The notes under the pieces were generated by a model. It saw nothing but the letters and a program-made list of their open reading frames with translations. It ran no database searches and was not told the origin of the DNA. The position numbers and the translations under genes are program-made. Positions 38,411-50,770 of a stretch of 64,000 nt of DNA are shown here, in pieces. The first letter of the stretch is position 1, and each line of letters starts with the position of its first letter. This DNA comes from Microbotryum violaceum (Eukaryota): the NCBI GenBank assembly GCA_001244265.2, contig CDLV01000012.1, positions 124,001-188,000 on the forward strand, in the 5' to 3' direction.

Positions 38411-38608
38411 TAAGTGTTGAAATTGCTCGCTGAGCTGGCAGCGGCTGACGAGTCCGGCCCGCGCTTTTTCCGTTCCTCCCGCACACGTGTCTTTCCTGTC
38501 CCACTCACAACAACAAGACGTTCGTCCCATCGTTCTGGCTCCCATAGAAGCATCTTTGAAGGCCACGTACTGACTTATCTTGCTGCTCTCCTCAGTAACT
38601 AGACCAAA

Positions 38609-39521
38609 ATGGGGTGAGTGTAGCATTCTCACTGGACTCTGCTCCGGGGCTTTTGCGACTTCCCGAGGGCCCCCGGAAAGGTTGTCGTCATCAATGCATC
38701 GCTGCGGTGATTACGCCTACTGCGCGGTCTACGTGCGCTGTCCTTGGCATCCTACATGTCACCAGAGACAGGTTTCGACTCAAGCCGTCCTGCACGCACA
38801 TCTTGGGTGTGCAGCAGGCTGCATCGTGCATGACGTCGGAGCACCCAGCCCCGCCTCGCCCCATCCACGGCCACCAACTCGAAGCTGACCACTCCGCACC
38901 CCACGCCCCTTCGCGCAGAGTTACCGTCGAGACCCTGCAAGCCGGAGATGGCCAAAACTTCCCCAAGAAGGGTGACACCGTATCGATGCACTACGTTGGC
39001 ACCTTGCTGAACGGCAACAAGTTCGACTCGTCGCGCGACCGCGGACAACCGTTCCAAACCAAGATCGGCGTCGGGCAGGTCATCAAGGGTTGGGATGAGG
39101 GCGTCCCCCAATTGTCGTTGGGACAAAAGGCCGTGAGTATTTAGATAGTGTGATGGTGGAGTTGGAGTGAGGGCAGAAAGCTGATGCGGGCTCGTTACCT
39201 GTGATTCGAGGTCCGTAGAAGCTCACTTGCACCCCCGACTACGCCTATGGCTCGCGTGCCATGGGTAACATCATCCCCGCCAACAGCACCCTCGTAAGTT
39301 TATGCTCACCAGGTCTAATAACCGTGAGGACGATGATGCGCTTGTTGGAGTGACCGCCGCTGACTTTTGCGGGGCCCATTGAACCGATGACGCTCTCTTT
39401 CCCTGCCCTCAGATCTTCGAGGTCGAGCTGCTCAAGATCAAGTGAGTTCGACCAAGGGCCTATTCCTCCGCTCACTTCGAATGAAGCTGACACATTTTTT
39501 TGTTGCAATCATCGCAGCTAA
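38609..39521 (+). CDS. FPR1: FKBP12 peptidyl-prolyl cis-trans isomerase (5 coding exons)
   Basis: [13 protein letters not shown]...[22 protein letters not shown]...VIKGWDEG...PDYAYG...[17 protein letters not shown]. Confidence 0.95.
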
Positions 39522-40820
39522 ACTTGTTGCACCTTTGACTAGAGGACCTGCCTTGCTCGATCATGTGTTCGCTCTCGGGCGATTACTCGTCTGCGGACGG
39601 GGTCCGAAAAGGGTAGACCTTCCAAGTGGGATCGTGGTCATGAAATTCGATTATCAACACCGATCATGACCGGACATCGCTCTGAACTAGTCTGAACAAT
39701 TCATGTGCCTCTGCGCGCTCAGGTTCGCTCGTGCATGCTTATACTCATGCATGCTCCCCGGCAGGAACAAGCCCCCACAACGAGGAGCTGGGAGTGGGAC
39801 AGAACGCATTGTTCCGCCCCTGCAGCCCGGTGATCCTGCAGAACTCTGCGAATTGCAAGATTACTCGTGTTTCGAGACTCAATGGTGCATCCTGGCAGTA
39901 GTAGTATGCTCGAACGCCCTAGGGGAAAACACTTTCCTGAGCTTACCCCCTGGCAGATTGCTTGAGTGGGAATGAATCAAAGTGTCGGCGAAATCACATC
40001 AGATGTTCGATCGAGAAAAATTTGCATGTCGACAAAGTTACTGGGCCGACGATTAGATAGTAGTCAGGTGTTAGAGCGGACGATAGGATTCGAGGTCGAG
40101 TCAGTGCTGGCCGGACGACTGAGGGATGTCGGCGTTCGGTGGGGGGGGGGGGGGGGGGCGTGCCGCGTGCAGCGTCACTTTAGTGTTTGGCGAGAGCAGT
40201 CACCGATGGGAAACAGTGCAGGCCAGTCGAGGATGGTGGCCGGTGGTGTGTGAGCGAGTCTACGCGAGTACGAAAGAGTAAGAACAGTGGCGACCTACTA
40301 GGGGAAGCTAGGCGAGCACGCATAACTTGACCTTCCTCTGCACCTGTTCTAACCACTTGGCACTCGGCACCTGGCACCTGATACTCTGCTTCGGCTGGAA
40401 ACTTGTCTGCACCGGTCTGGAAGACGCTGAAGAGGGGGGTTTCGCTCATCCGACGCGTGGCTGGCGGTCGACTGCGCCTCGACCTGCTTCGACCCTCTTT
40501 GAGTGACCCACGTTCTCATCACCTCTGGCTATATATATAAGCACGCTAAAAAGTGGCGCGCGCGCGCGCCTCCGACCCTCGCTTCCGCGCGACGTAGCCA
40601 TACATGTTGCCCCCCTGCAACCCGGGTTGCTGGATGGCTCCAGGACTAGGGCAACTTGCTAATGAGATTGACCTATTATTAGGGAGTACTTGTGCAATCG
40701 CCCACAGAACTGTCTATTCTAGCCTCCCCCGCTCAGCGCAAAATCAGACCCGCCTCAGTTCTAAGACGAGTACCAACTATTGTAACACACAGTAATACAT
40801 TCTCGGATTTGCATCGGACA

Positions 40821-43800
40821 ATGGGCAGGCATAAATGGAATCGCTTCAAGTTCTGACCTGACAGGCTACTTCGAGGGACATCCTGACTATAAGCCCCGAC
40901 GCCTTCGTTCGAACCCTCAACTCCGCACCAACATTCCCGGAACCCGGCACATGGTTACGTACACTGCGCGCCAAATTCAGCAAAGAACCTTCGATGAACA
41001 TGCTTGTGGCGAAGCTAGCTCGCCGTCTCCTCGGCCTCCAATGGCCCCTCCGATTCAGGCCGATTTCGACGAAGCCGCCAACCCGAGTGGGATGGATTGG
41101 GATGATGAACGCCACAGCGAGTACGGTGGTGGCTATGAACGCGACTTTGGTCCGGCCCCATACTTTCCGGATCGAACATCCCATATACCAATCGCGCCTG
41201 ACTATAGTGCAAACGCCGAGCGATTATCACTGGCTGATCTGCGCCAAGTCGAAAGCTTCGAACCAGCCACACGTGGTCAGTCGAAGCAAGAAACGTACAA
41301 GCAGTTCGTGTTCAACGACTCTCGTCTTAGGCGCTTGGAACGGCCAGCGCTTCTGCGCCAGTATATCGCGTTTTGCGCTGGGGTCAAAGGTCATCTACGG
41401 CCCTTGATTGACGTGGACGAGGAGCTGTGCCAGGGTTCGGTCGCTAGCGAAGTGCCGCCGCCTTGTTCATGCGAGAGCCCCCTCACATTACTGCTTGACG
41501 TGTACGACCTCATAAGCTGTATGTGAATAAGGCAAGTTGGGTCACTGTGTCGAATAACGCGCTGACAAGGTCGAATCGATGCAGTGGTCGAGGTACCGAT
41601 AGCTTTTTGTCCGAGATCCAGCAGCGATAGCCCATGCCTTACGTACGCCGAGCGCCTTGCTCAGATCGGATTGATCGGATCGACCGCACCTGCTCCTCGC
41701 TCTGCCTTCACCTTTCGACTTGTACAATTCCTCGACTCCTGGTGGAGCACCGCGCCGTTTCCTGTTGATGGAGCAGCTCGCGGGCTCGACATTTTCTATG
41801 AGCAAACTGGATGGGGTCGGCCGGGCCTGTCAGCATAAATTCGTGAGCTCGACCCCCTGTCATGGTTGCTATTGATCATTATCTGATATTTATCATCGTT
41901 CGCGCAGGACAAGGAGCTGCGAAAGCAACTCCAGCGCGCCCTTGACGAATTTCGGGCTCTCACGACATCCGAGCGAGAATTGGGCGACCTCGTCCTCGGT
42001 GTCGCGGGTTCTCTCTCGGATAAGTGTCCAGCATGCTACGGATCGACGCGTCTAAATCAAGCCCACCATAGAGTCGAAGTGCAGCATCTTGTCGCTCTGG
42101 ATGGCAACTTCCAACATTCTCGCGACACCTCAGCCAAATACGATTTTCAGGAGTCGACGCCAGCCCTCTTCATCGGCGAAGGCGAGCTCGAATCGATGAA
42201 GGAGATCTGTGATGGTGGCGACAGCAAGAAGTCAGAAAAGGTTTGCTGATCCGAGCCGCCCCCTGCGATCCTTTCAACGCGCTGACGCCCTTCCTCTCGC
42301 GTCTTGAAGGCCTGTGCCGATTCGTGGAAAGCGGCCAACGGCGGTGCGACACAAATCTCGCGGGCAAGTCCGATACGGGCCTAGTTGCCTGTGTTTGCCG
42401 TCACGATATCGCGTTGAAAATGGCTAATTTGTATCAATCAGGCGAAAAGTTCGTCAGCTCAGCTCCTCTTTCAACCGCTTACAAGGCCTGACGCTCGATT
42501 TTGATGAGGCAGGCGCTACTACGGCTTATCGCTGCTTCAACATATTTCGAACCAACTCCCTTCCAACGATACACTCGGAGTGCTGTATGATGTTGCGTGT
42601 AATTTGGACGGCTACATGCAATCGGTCAGCAAGAGTGGCGGATCCGTCGTTTCTTAGATTTCTGGCCCCGGGGCGCCGCTGACCTGTACTGTACTTCGGT
42701 CGCCTGCAGAGAAGTATCCTTCCCGATCTGTTTCCGAGATTGAAGTTTGCCATGAGCGTGTTTCATGCTTTTGCTCATCAATGGCCCTGCCAGCTTGAGT
42801 ACAACCCGCGCCTGATTCAGCACTTTGGGTTGACGGATGGGGAGGGATGCGAACGCGTTTGGAGTCAGCTCCGATCGCTCATCCCGATCAATCGTCCTGC
42901 GAGCGCTTCTCACCGGCGCGTCAACATCTCGCGTCGCATCGACCTGATGAACAAGAACGGTGTTGACAGCCTCGGTATGCTCTGCCATCCACACTTTCAC
43001 GCCGTGTTCGTTACTTAATTGTGCGGTCCCTTCGAATGCTCAAGATCAGCTTGGAAGGGCACAAACTGATCTGAGTGACGTTTCGGCAATATGGTCCGAG
43101 TCTGACCTTCTCGCGCAATAGGATTTACAACGAGCTGCTCAAGCGGCCACAACGGCGGGTCAACGTCGGGAGAACGAGGACAAGGAGCGATTAGAGCTGT
43201 TTAACATTGTACAGAGGCTACACCACGTGGAAGAAAGGCTGTACGTTCGGCGCGTCAAACCCCATTGGAGGACGAGGGCGTAAAATTGACACTGTGTCTT
43301 GGCATTGTGTGTTCAGATTCGATCCAATGGCTTCCGATGAAGCGAAGGCTCGCTTGCAGCAACATCTAAGAGCTTACCAACAAGAATACGATCGCACGAA
43401 GGAGCTTGCAGCTTCAGGTGCGGCGCGCGTCCTATCTTTATGAGTATCGCCACCTGATGTTTGATGTCCCATGACATACCTAGATTTCCAGCATTTGTGC
43501 AACTGCGTAGTCAAACTTCGCGCATTACACAAAGCGACGGTCCAATTGCAATGCTATCAAGAACGAATTGACTCAATGGGTCGGGGACAAAGCGGCGCGA
43601 CAATCGGTCAAGTCGAAGCCAGCAAGCTTGTCAGCGTCTCACAGACGCACAGCAAGAAAGTAAAAGTGGCAATCGATATGTACAATAAAGCGGTCGGGGA
43701 TTACCGAAATGCTGCGACCGAGCAATCGGCCCAGATTCTGGACAACTTACCGCTCGCTACCACAATTAAGTCGCTTGTGACTCTGTCGCCAACGGACGCT

Positions 43801-44239
43801 TTCTGGCAAGACGGTTTTTTCGTACACGACACTGCGCCTTGGGCGATTGATACCGATGTTCAGAAAGGGATCAGGGCGGTTTTACTCAAAGCCAGGGCGG
43901 AAGAAGAGATTCTCCGGATCGGAGCTGAGGTTCGACAACTACTTGCGTGGCTCGAAGATGAGGACACTCGCTTTGTTAGGGTATCTCAGGCATGGGCAGA
44001 GGACCGAGGTGAGATGGACACACCCTTTCTTTGTGTTGGTGCTGTACCTTACGTCGCCCCTTCTATTAGTTCCCGAAGAAACGCTTCTATTAGTTCCCGA
44101 AGAAACGATCGAAGCGCTATCGGAGCAGGAGGTCGAGGAAGAAGATGATGCTGAGCTCGGGGAGGGCGGCGGAGAGTCAGGCTCGACAAGGGGTGAAGAC
44201 TCGGACGACCTCGAGATTCACGACGAGCCCATGGGCTAG
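40821..44239 (+). pseudogene. KDZ transposase with CxC1-like domain (Kyakuja type), disrupted
   Basis: CSC...FC...CPACYG, ALDGNFQH, DTGLVACVCRHD, SGEK, LYDVACN, VFHAFAHQWPCQ and GLTDGEGCERVWS. Frameshift near 41830 and in-frame TAG at 43119. Confidence 0.9.
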
Positions 44240-44770
44240 CTAGGGATGGCTTGGCGCATTTGTTGACTGTAGATTATTTGTTATTGAAGGACTTTTCTTT
44301 TAGTATGCGGCCCATATCACACATGGTAGAATGTGGACGCCAGTGCACAAAAGTAAAATGGATGTCAGCCTTAATGAGGCGTTGACGCGTTGACGACCAC
44401 GATCCCACGAGCCGGTCGCCACGGCCACACTCCCGAACTGCAGCAGTACGTGACAAGCTCGAAGGTTCTGCTAAGTTGAAAACTAAAAATTGGTGCGCAT
44501 CGGTGCTGACATTTGCAGGTTCAGGTTTGGGAACGTTGCCAGAGGGGGCGGGGGGCGGTGAGGATTGGTGTTGCTGTAGTTGTTCTGTTCCAACAGCACC
44601 CCGAAGTGGGTCCAGCGCGTCCAACGGCGCTCCGTTGTACAGTGCTTGCGATAATATGTCAGCAAAAATCAATGAAATACGTCACCGCATACCTACTCCG
44701 TTGACGTGATAGTTTATGTAGTCGAGTGAGCAGGGATATTGGTCCATCGGCCAAGGACCTTGTAGGGGCT

Positions 44771-45416
44771 GTGTACTCCCGTGGGTACACCTACACAGAG
44801 TCGGCGCGTGACAAGAGTGTAACCCCGGGGGACCCGGCCTGTGCCGTCGACAAAGCTGTGTACTCCCGGGGGTACACAGTCATTCGGCGCGCAGGGTGTG
44901 ATCACTCCCGGGGTATACAAGGCGCAAGCGGGGTCCCCCGGGAGTACACAGGCGCTTTCCCGCTTGCGCCTTGTGTACCCCCGGGGTGCCAAGCCGGTCA
45001 CCGGTGGCAGATCACTGTATAATAACATGTCCGATTCTACAACGGCAGGCGGTTAATCCTTTCGGTAACTTCAGACACATCCTGAGCTTCGATTGGGTGC
45101 GTGGAAGATTGTTCTAGTGCAGTTTCGCTCTGCTCGGTGGTTCGAACGGAGATTCAGTTAGAGAAGTGCATGGGCCTTGCGGGCTTTTCAGAGTGCAAGT
45201 CGGATGTAGCAAACGAATATTTCGTCGGTTTCGTCGCAGGAGGGTGTTCCATTCAGTAACTGCAGACACATCCTGAGCTCTGAACGGGGGCGTGGAAGTT
45301 TGTTGTAGTGCAGTCAGCAAGGCCGTCGGCGGCGACGGACCGCGCCTGAGCCGTGGAACCCCAGGGGTACATAGCTGGAGAGGGCACCGGTCGTGTGTAC
45401 CTCCGGCGGGTACACA
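44771..45416. repeat. Array of imperfect palindromes GTGTACYCCCGGGGGTACAC inside the KDZ element
   Basis: About eight variants at 44771, 44817, 44858, 44897, 44931, 44974, 45356 and 45395, with a further copy at 47223-47241. Confidence 0.8.
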
Positions 45417-45714
45417 TCGCCACGCCGGTTGTACAGTGCTTGTTAAGAGTGTCCTAGAATTGATGAAGCATGTCGTCGTATACCGGTTCCTCGTTTCCGA
45501 AGGCGCAGGACTCTGTTGTAGTGTATCTACGCCCTGCCCTAAGGTTTAAGATTGAACTAGAATTTCCGCCTTCGGAGTGCGTTGTACCTCGGAGTGAATC
45601 ATGATTGCAGAGCAGGATCTCCATTAACACAACATACAAGCTAGACAGCTACACACGCTCACGGAAAACTCGGGATGGTCATCGCCTAACCGGTGAATTG
45701 ACACTCATGGTGCC

Positions 45715-47160
45715 TCATGTCCCAGTATCCAGGCCGCGCTCCAGCTCGCTCAGACTGGTCAGCTCGGAGAGGGTGGAGAGGTTGCTTTCGGCCTCCGAAC
45801 CGGCTGCCGATCCGTGGTCGGAATGTTGGCCGGTCGCCGAACTGTGTTCCGATATCGCGTCCTCCTCTCGTGCCCCCGAGGTCGACGCGGCGCCCTCTCC
45901 GCCGGACCCCTTCTTGCGCATCCAACAATACGCGTCCCTCTGTTTGCTCGACAGCGCCAACCACATGTGGGCACACTCAACAATCCAGGAGTCCCAGATC
46001 TTCTTCCTTTCGGGCTCGAGGTCCGCATCGGTGGGCGGCTTGGGAGGTTTGGGAACGTGGACGAGCACCGTCGTTGCAAATGGTCTGAGCGCTGCTTGCC
46101 AGGTGCGATGTTCGCTTTCTAACTGATCCCGGTAATCGTCCGGGACACGTTTCCCGAGAAAAGGGCGGTACACCTTTCGGATCCATCTTAAAAGGCGGTC
46201 ACTCCCTCTCCTGGTCCTCGTCGGTCCTTGCATCGTCCTCAGGGAGGGGGCGTTGGCACTCTTGGTACAGGAATGAAAGGATTTCACTGAATAGGCGCAA
46301 TTCCTCATGTTCGGCGGCAATGTCGACGGGGACGGTGAAGATGCGCGCGAGGATATCGTCGAAGTCTTGGATGCGGGTCCTATACTCCTTCAAAACTCTC
46401 GCACTCCCTCCACCTCTCTTTCGCTTCTGGTTATCGTATGCATCGAACAACACGTTCCTCCAATGGATGAGCACGGTCAACAGGCTCCGAGGCTGACGTC
46501 CATTCCCTTTGTACCCTGCCCATTCATCCCAAACAGGCCACATGACGTAGTCGATCTCCTCCCGGACCTCATAGTCAAAATTTTCGACGTCCTCGGGATT
46601 GGGTCTTGAGTCATGATGTCTTTGGGTTCCATCACCAGCCGACGCGCCTTTTCCGCCGCCCACTCGTCGTGTCTCGCACGGTCCGCTTTCCCCGGCGCCT
46701 CCAACATGTCAAGCTTGGCCTGCAACTGCCGGCGGTATCTTTTCTTTAGGTGGCCAAAACCCTAATCAGATCAGATAAGTACATCAACAAAGGTTTAGCC
46801 GAACTCCACATAGTTTGTTTCTGATCTCCTGGGAAAGCTGTCTAGCACTCACTGCTTGGACCTCACGGTCGGTACCGATCAGCTCAAACGCCGCCTCGTT
46901 GCATCTGTACCGACTGTCGACCGTAGACGGATTGAACGCGCGCTTGTGTATACGAATGATTTTTCTTTTAGGTTTCGTTTGGCCTCATGTGCATGTTCCG
47001 GTGCTACAGTTGGTCCGTCGAGTGACCTGTACCCTCCAAGCAGCTTGTAGTATTTGTTGCAAAGTTCACAACGGACACGCCATTGGCCGGACTCGTCACG
47101 GATGAGATGCGAGTCGATGTCGAGCCAGGCGCGCTCGCCCTCGGTGGCGCGTGGTGCCAT
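45715..47160 (-). pseudogene. KDZ cargo gene A: CxxC N-terminus, helical region, HMG-box-like C-terminal helix; frameshifted
   Basis: Collinear ORF pieces MAPRATEGE...VRCELCNKYY, FDYEVREEIDY...FLYQECQ and WIVECAHMWLALSSKQRDAY. Confidence 0.55.
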
Positions 47161-47333
47161 GTTGGAACTTGGAGTGGGGGTGAGGGGTGAGATCGGTGAG
47201 AGGGAAAGAGCAGTGTCCCAATGTGTACCCCGGGGGTACACGTCGCGCCTCGCTTCACCTCACGTCACCGAGCGCGCGCGCTCTCCTCTCACAGCATCAC
47301 CGACACCGCGCGCGTCACAGCCGATCCGATCCG

Positions 47334-48056
47334 ATGCCCTCAGCGAACCACGACAAGTTACAATCAGCGATTCTCTCTGCAGGACACAAAGGTCAAGCTC
47401 ATCGAGTATTTGCACGAGACAAGATATACTGGCCACCTGGCACATTGCCTGTCCCAGGCGGGAAGCAACTTGAATACGTAGTCGGCACCGAGCGCGTCGG
47501 ACCTATATGGAAGCTTGCAGTGTATGCAAGCGACTCGGCCAACAACGAGCTTTGCTACTACGAAGTCATTGACGCCTCAGCACCAAGCTGCCACTATATC
47601 GATGCCGAGTTTACGCGCCCTTCCATTGACAATTCAGCAGAAAAGGCATTGATTACGCGTAATGCAGCGTCGTATTTCCCTGGCACATATGGTCAGCTGG
47701 CCAGCTCGGACACCTTGCGATCTTGCGTCTGCAGGTCAGAACTGCCGAACTACCTTGTTCCCTGCTTCTGTTTTATATCTATTGTTCCAGCGTCAACGAA
47801 TAATCTCGGCTTTCATTCTCACTGCGGGCACACCGTTTGGAGAACCCAACGCGAAGCGTGTTATTACGGACATTCTCGACAGCTTGAAGGTTCTGCTCTC
47901 ACTTCGCCGGCGTCTCGGGGGTCCGAAGGGGTAGTCGGAGAAATGTGGGTGCTTTGCTGTTGTCACCCCAAGCTCTGGGGCGAGCTTAACTGCAGTTTGA
48001 CATTGAGTAGGATGCGTGAGTGCTTTATTTGGACATCCATTAAATGCCTGAATTGA
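47334..48056 (+). CDS. KDZ cargo gene B, unknown function (3' end uncertain)
   Basis: Protein-like ORF starting MPSANHDKLQSAIL, divergent from cargo A. Confidence 0.4.
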   Translation: MPSANHDKLQSAILSAGHKGQAHRVFARDKIYWPPGTLPVPGGKQLEYVVGTERVGPIWKLAVYASDSANNELCYYEVIDASAPSCHYIDAEFTRPSIDNSAEKALITRNAASYFPGTYGQLASSDTLRSCVCRSELPNYLVPCFCFISIVPASTNNLGFHSHCGHTVWRTQREACYYGHSRQLEGSALTSPASRGSEGVVGEMWVLCCCHPKLWGELNCSLTLSRMRECFIWTSIKCLN

Positions 48057-48302
48057 ATGTCCGGAGTAAAGTCTGAAACGTTAGGCGTCAGTAAATCTAT
48101 TTGCTTTGCGATCAAAATCGTGTCGCATAATTGATCCACGGACGAATCAGCTAGTCAAGATGCGTGGAAACTTGTTGAATACCTCTTGCCACACACAGGT
48201 CAATATCACCTCAACGACTACAAAAAGTTTGGCCATCTATCTCAACGCGCGATAGGCGCACCAACAATATACTGAACAACAGAAATGTAGTCGGATTCGG
48301 AA

Positions 48303-50163
48303 TCAGGATGTTGCAGCTCCCAAATCAGCATCAGAATCGGAATTAGAATTAGAATCAGAACCAAGATCAGAAGCAGAAGCAGAATCAGATCCAGAGACTT
48401 GGTCTTCTGGCTCCGTTTCCAACTGTCCCGTTGTCACAGTACCTTCGGCACGAGTGCGGTCGAAAGAGCCCTGGCCTATCTCCTCTTTGAGTGAGAAAGT
48501 AAGGCCACCCTGTCGCATCAGAGGGATGATTCTTCTCAAATCCGCAACGGTCGGCTTCTTGCCATTTGTGGGACTGCGGAAATCACGCTCTTGAAGACCA
48601 TTTCCGAACTCGACAATAAGAGCGATTGGATCCTTCGCAAGAGTTGCCTGGTTATAACTCGTAAGCTTGGAAAGCACGTAGGGCTGAGTAGATCTATTTC
48701 TCTGGTGGCGACGACGGAGCGCTTGATCTGCACGGCCACAGATGTTCAGTACTAGGCTGCAAAATGTGGGCGCAGAGCCGTGGAATGGTTGCTCACTATA
48801 GTGATCGTCGATTATGATGCTATACCATGCGCAGAGCACTCGTTGAGACGCCTTGTCAACATCGCCATGATTAGCTGCTCATCAGATTTTGGGATCAGCG
48901 CCAATCCATCACCGAGCACAAAATACGTCCTAAAGCTTGCTTGACAAACCCCGCATCTTATATTGTTCATTTTGCTCCTGATTAAACCGAGTCCCATTAA
49001 CGCAATCCGTGAAGTTGACTAGAATATCTTTTTGCTGGTCAGAATCCCAGCCTTGGCGCCGCATGAAAGCTGCGCCGCCAAGCGTAGAAACGATAAAACG
49101 ATCATTTTTGTTCTCGAGCTTGTTCGAGCTGACGATGACTAACGCGTCGAAGCCGTAGCCCTCAGCATACTGCTCAACCTAATTCGGTGCCGAGCTACGT
49201 AAGTCAGCAGGGGGAATTTGGCCTCTGAGGAGGCGGAAACGGAGAGCCGAGTCTTCACGGACCAGCTCGTTCATCGCATTTTCGTATCTGCGCCGCAGTT
49301 TGGATGGTAGCAGAATCAATTCGCCATCGCTTGAGGGGCCGAGCGGTCTCCTTTCGATCACGCGCTTCACTTGCCCTCGCTTCCTTCCATTGTTCCCAGA
49401 GTTCTGGTGAGTTTTTGACTTGTTCCCAGTAGCGTGATCCAATCGCCTGTAGCGCAGAGAAGTCTTTCGGGACTTTTTAGGGGTCCGAGTGATGGATTTG
49501 TCTGTCAGAGTAGCGTCTTGTAATGGAGAGTGAACGGTTTTGGGATGAGTCAGGAAGGCAGACGCTACACTTACCCCGAGTCCGTTCTTTTCGAGGAGAC
49601 AACGGAAGAAGCGACTGGTCTTGAAGTCATTCCAGTCGTTTCGGTCGTTGCTTCGAGTCGCAGGGGGCGTGTACGAGTCGAGATCGTCGTCCCGAACTCC
49701 ATGCCGCAAACAGTATTGCATCTTTTCGAGGCGACGTTGCAAGTTATAAAGCACGTGGGTCTCCTTTTGCGACGATGACAGGCGCGAAGTCGAAGGCAAC
49801 GCTCGAACGGCATCGTGGAGGGCTCGGATCTCATCCTGAACCTCTTCGATTCTATGACTCATTGAGTTGGACGAGTTGGACGTGGTCGGCCTTGAGGCGA
49901 GCGTCGTGCTTCGTCCATCTTCCGCGATGCTGGAAGCAGAAATGTGGTGCTGTTGTGTCTGAACGGTCGCTGAGGACGACAGTACAGACCCCATTTCGGG
50001 GCTGCTGGTCGATTGCACCGAAGCATCTTCGGCGGTAACAACGAGGAATGAGGAGTAGGGTCAGCAGACAATAACAAAACAATCAAGACACGAGGACGCG
50101 TCTCACGGTCGGGAGCGGCAAACGCTGACGCGTTGCTGGGAGCAGACAGGAGAGGCAACACAT
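48303..50163 (-). pseudogene. KDZ cargo gene C, unknown function, fragmented
   Basis: Collinear minus-strand ORFs of 279, 61 and 178 aa with a basic NLS-like segment, a CGVC motif and a Ser/Asp-rich tail. Confidence 0.45.
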
Positions 50164-50770
50164 CGTATGGTCGGTGGGCTTCGATTCAAGATATACGACA
50201 GCAAGCGTGAGGGAACAGAAAGTAGTAAGACCAGGACCGTGATCGATAGCGGCGCGTCAAGCGGCAATGCTGTTGCTCGCTCGCGCTCAGGCTCGCTACG
50301 GCCGGTCTACCAGCGTGGTGAGACGGCACGTGACTTAACCACGTCCATCAATGCTACCTTATCCCCACCGCTAATGAGGTAATGATGTAATGATGTTCTA
50401 ATCGAGCTTCTTCTCGCTACTAATCTAAAGAAGAAATTGACGATGAGTTTTCCGAATATGCTTTATACGCAATGGCAGCATTTATAAGGTTGGATTACCC
50501 CGATACGAGCTCGCACGTACCTGAGATGAACGTGTTGAAGGCCACACCAGCCTCCGTGTTGCGCTAGTCCTCGGGCCATCCAGCAACCCGGGTTACAGGG
50601 GGGGCAACATGTATGGCTACGTCGCGCGGAAGCGAGGGTCGGAGGCGCGCGGCGCGCGCCACTTTTTAGCGTGCTTATATATATAGCCAGAGGTGGTTCT
50701 CATCGTCTCATTCGATCATCGATCACTGCAGCTCGGATTGATCCCGAGCACGTCATCTCATCGGCCTCGC

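Larger units (their letters stand above)
40520..50695 (+). mobile_element. Full-length KDZ (Kyakuja-Dileera-Zisupton) DNA transposon, 10,176 bp
   Basis: About 135-bp near-identical TIRs starting CACCTCTGGCTATATATA (40520-40655, 50558-50695) and 8-bp TSD GTTCTCAT (40512-40519, 50696-50703). Confidence 0.95.

Noticed and set aside
44771-45416. CRISPR-like array of palindromic repeats with spacers
   Set aside because: Eukaryotic context, degenerate repeats, irregular spacing and no cas genes.
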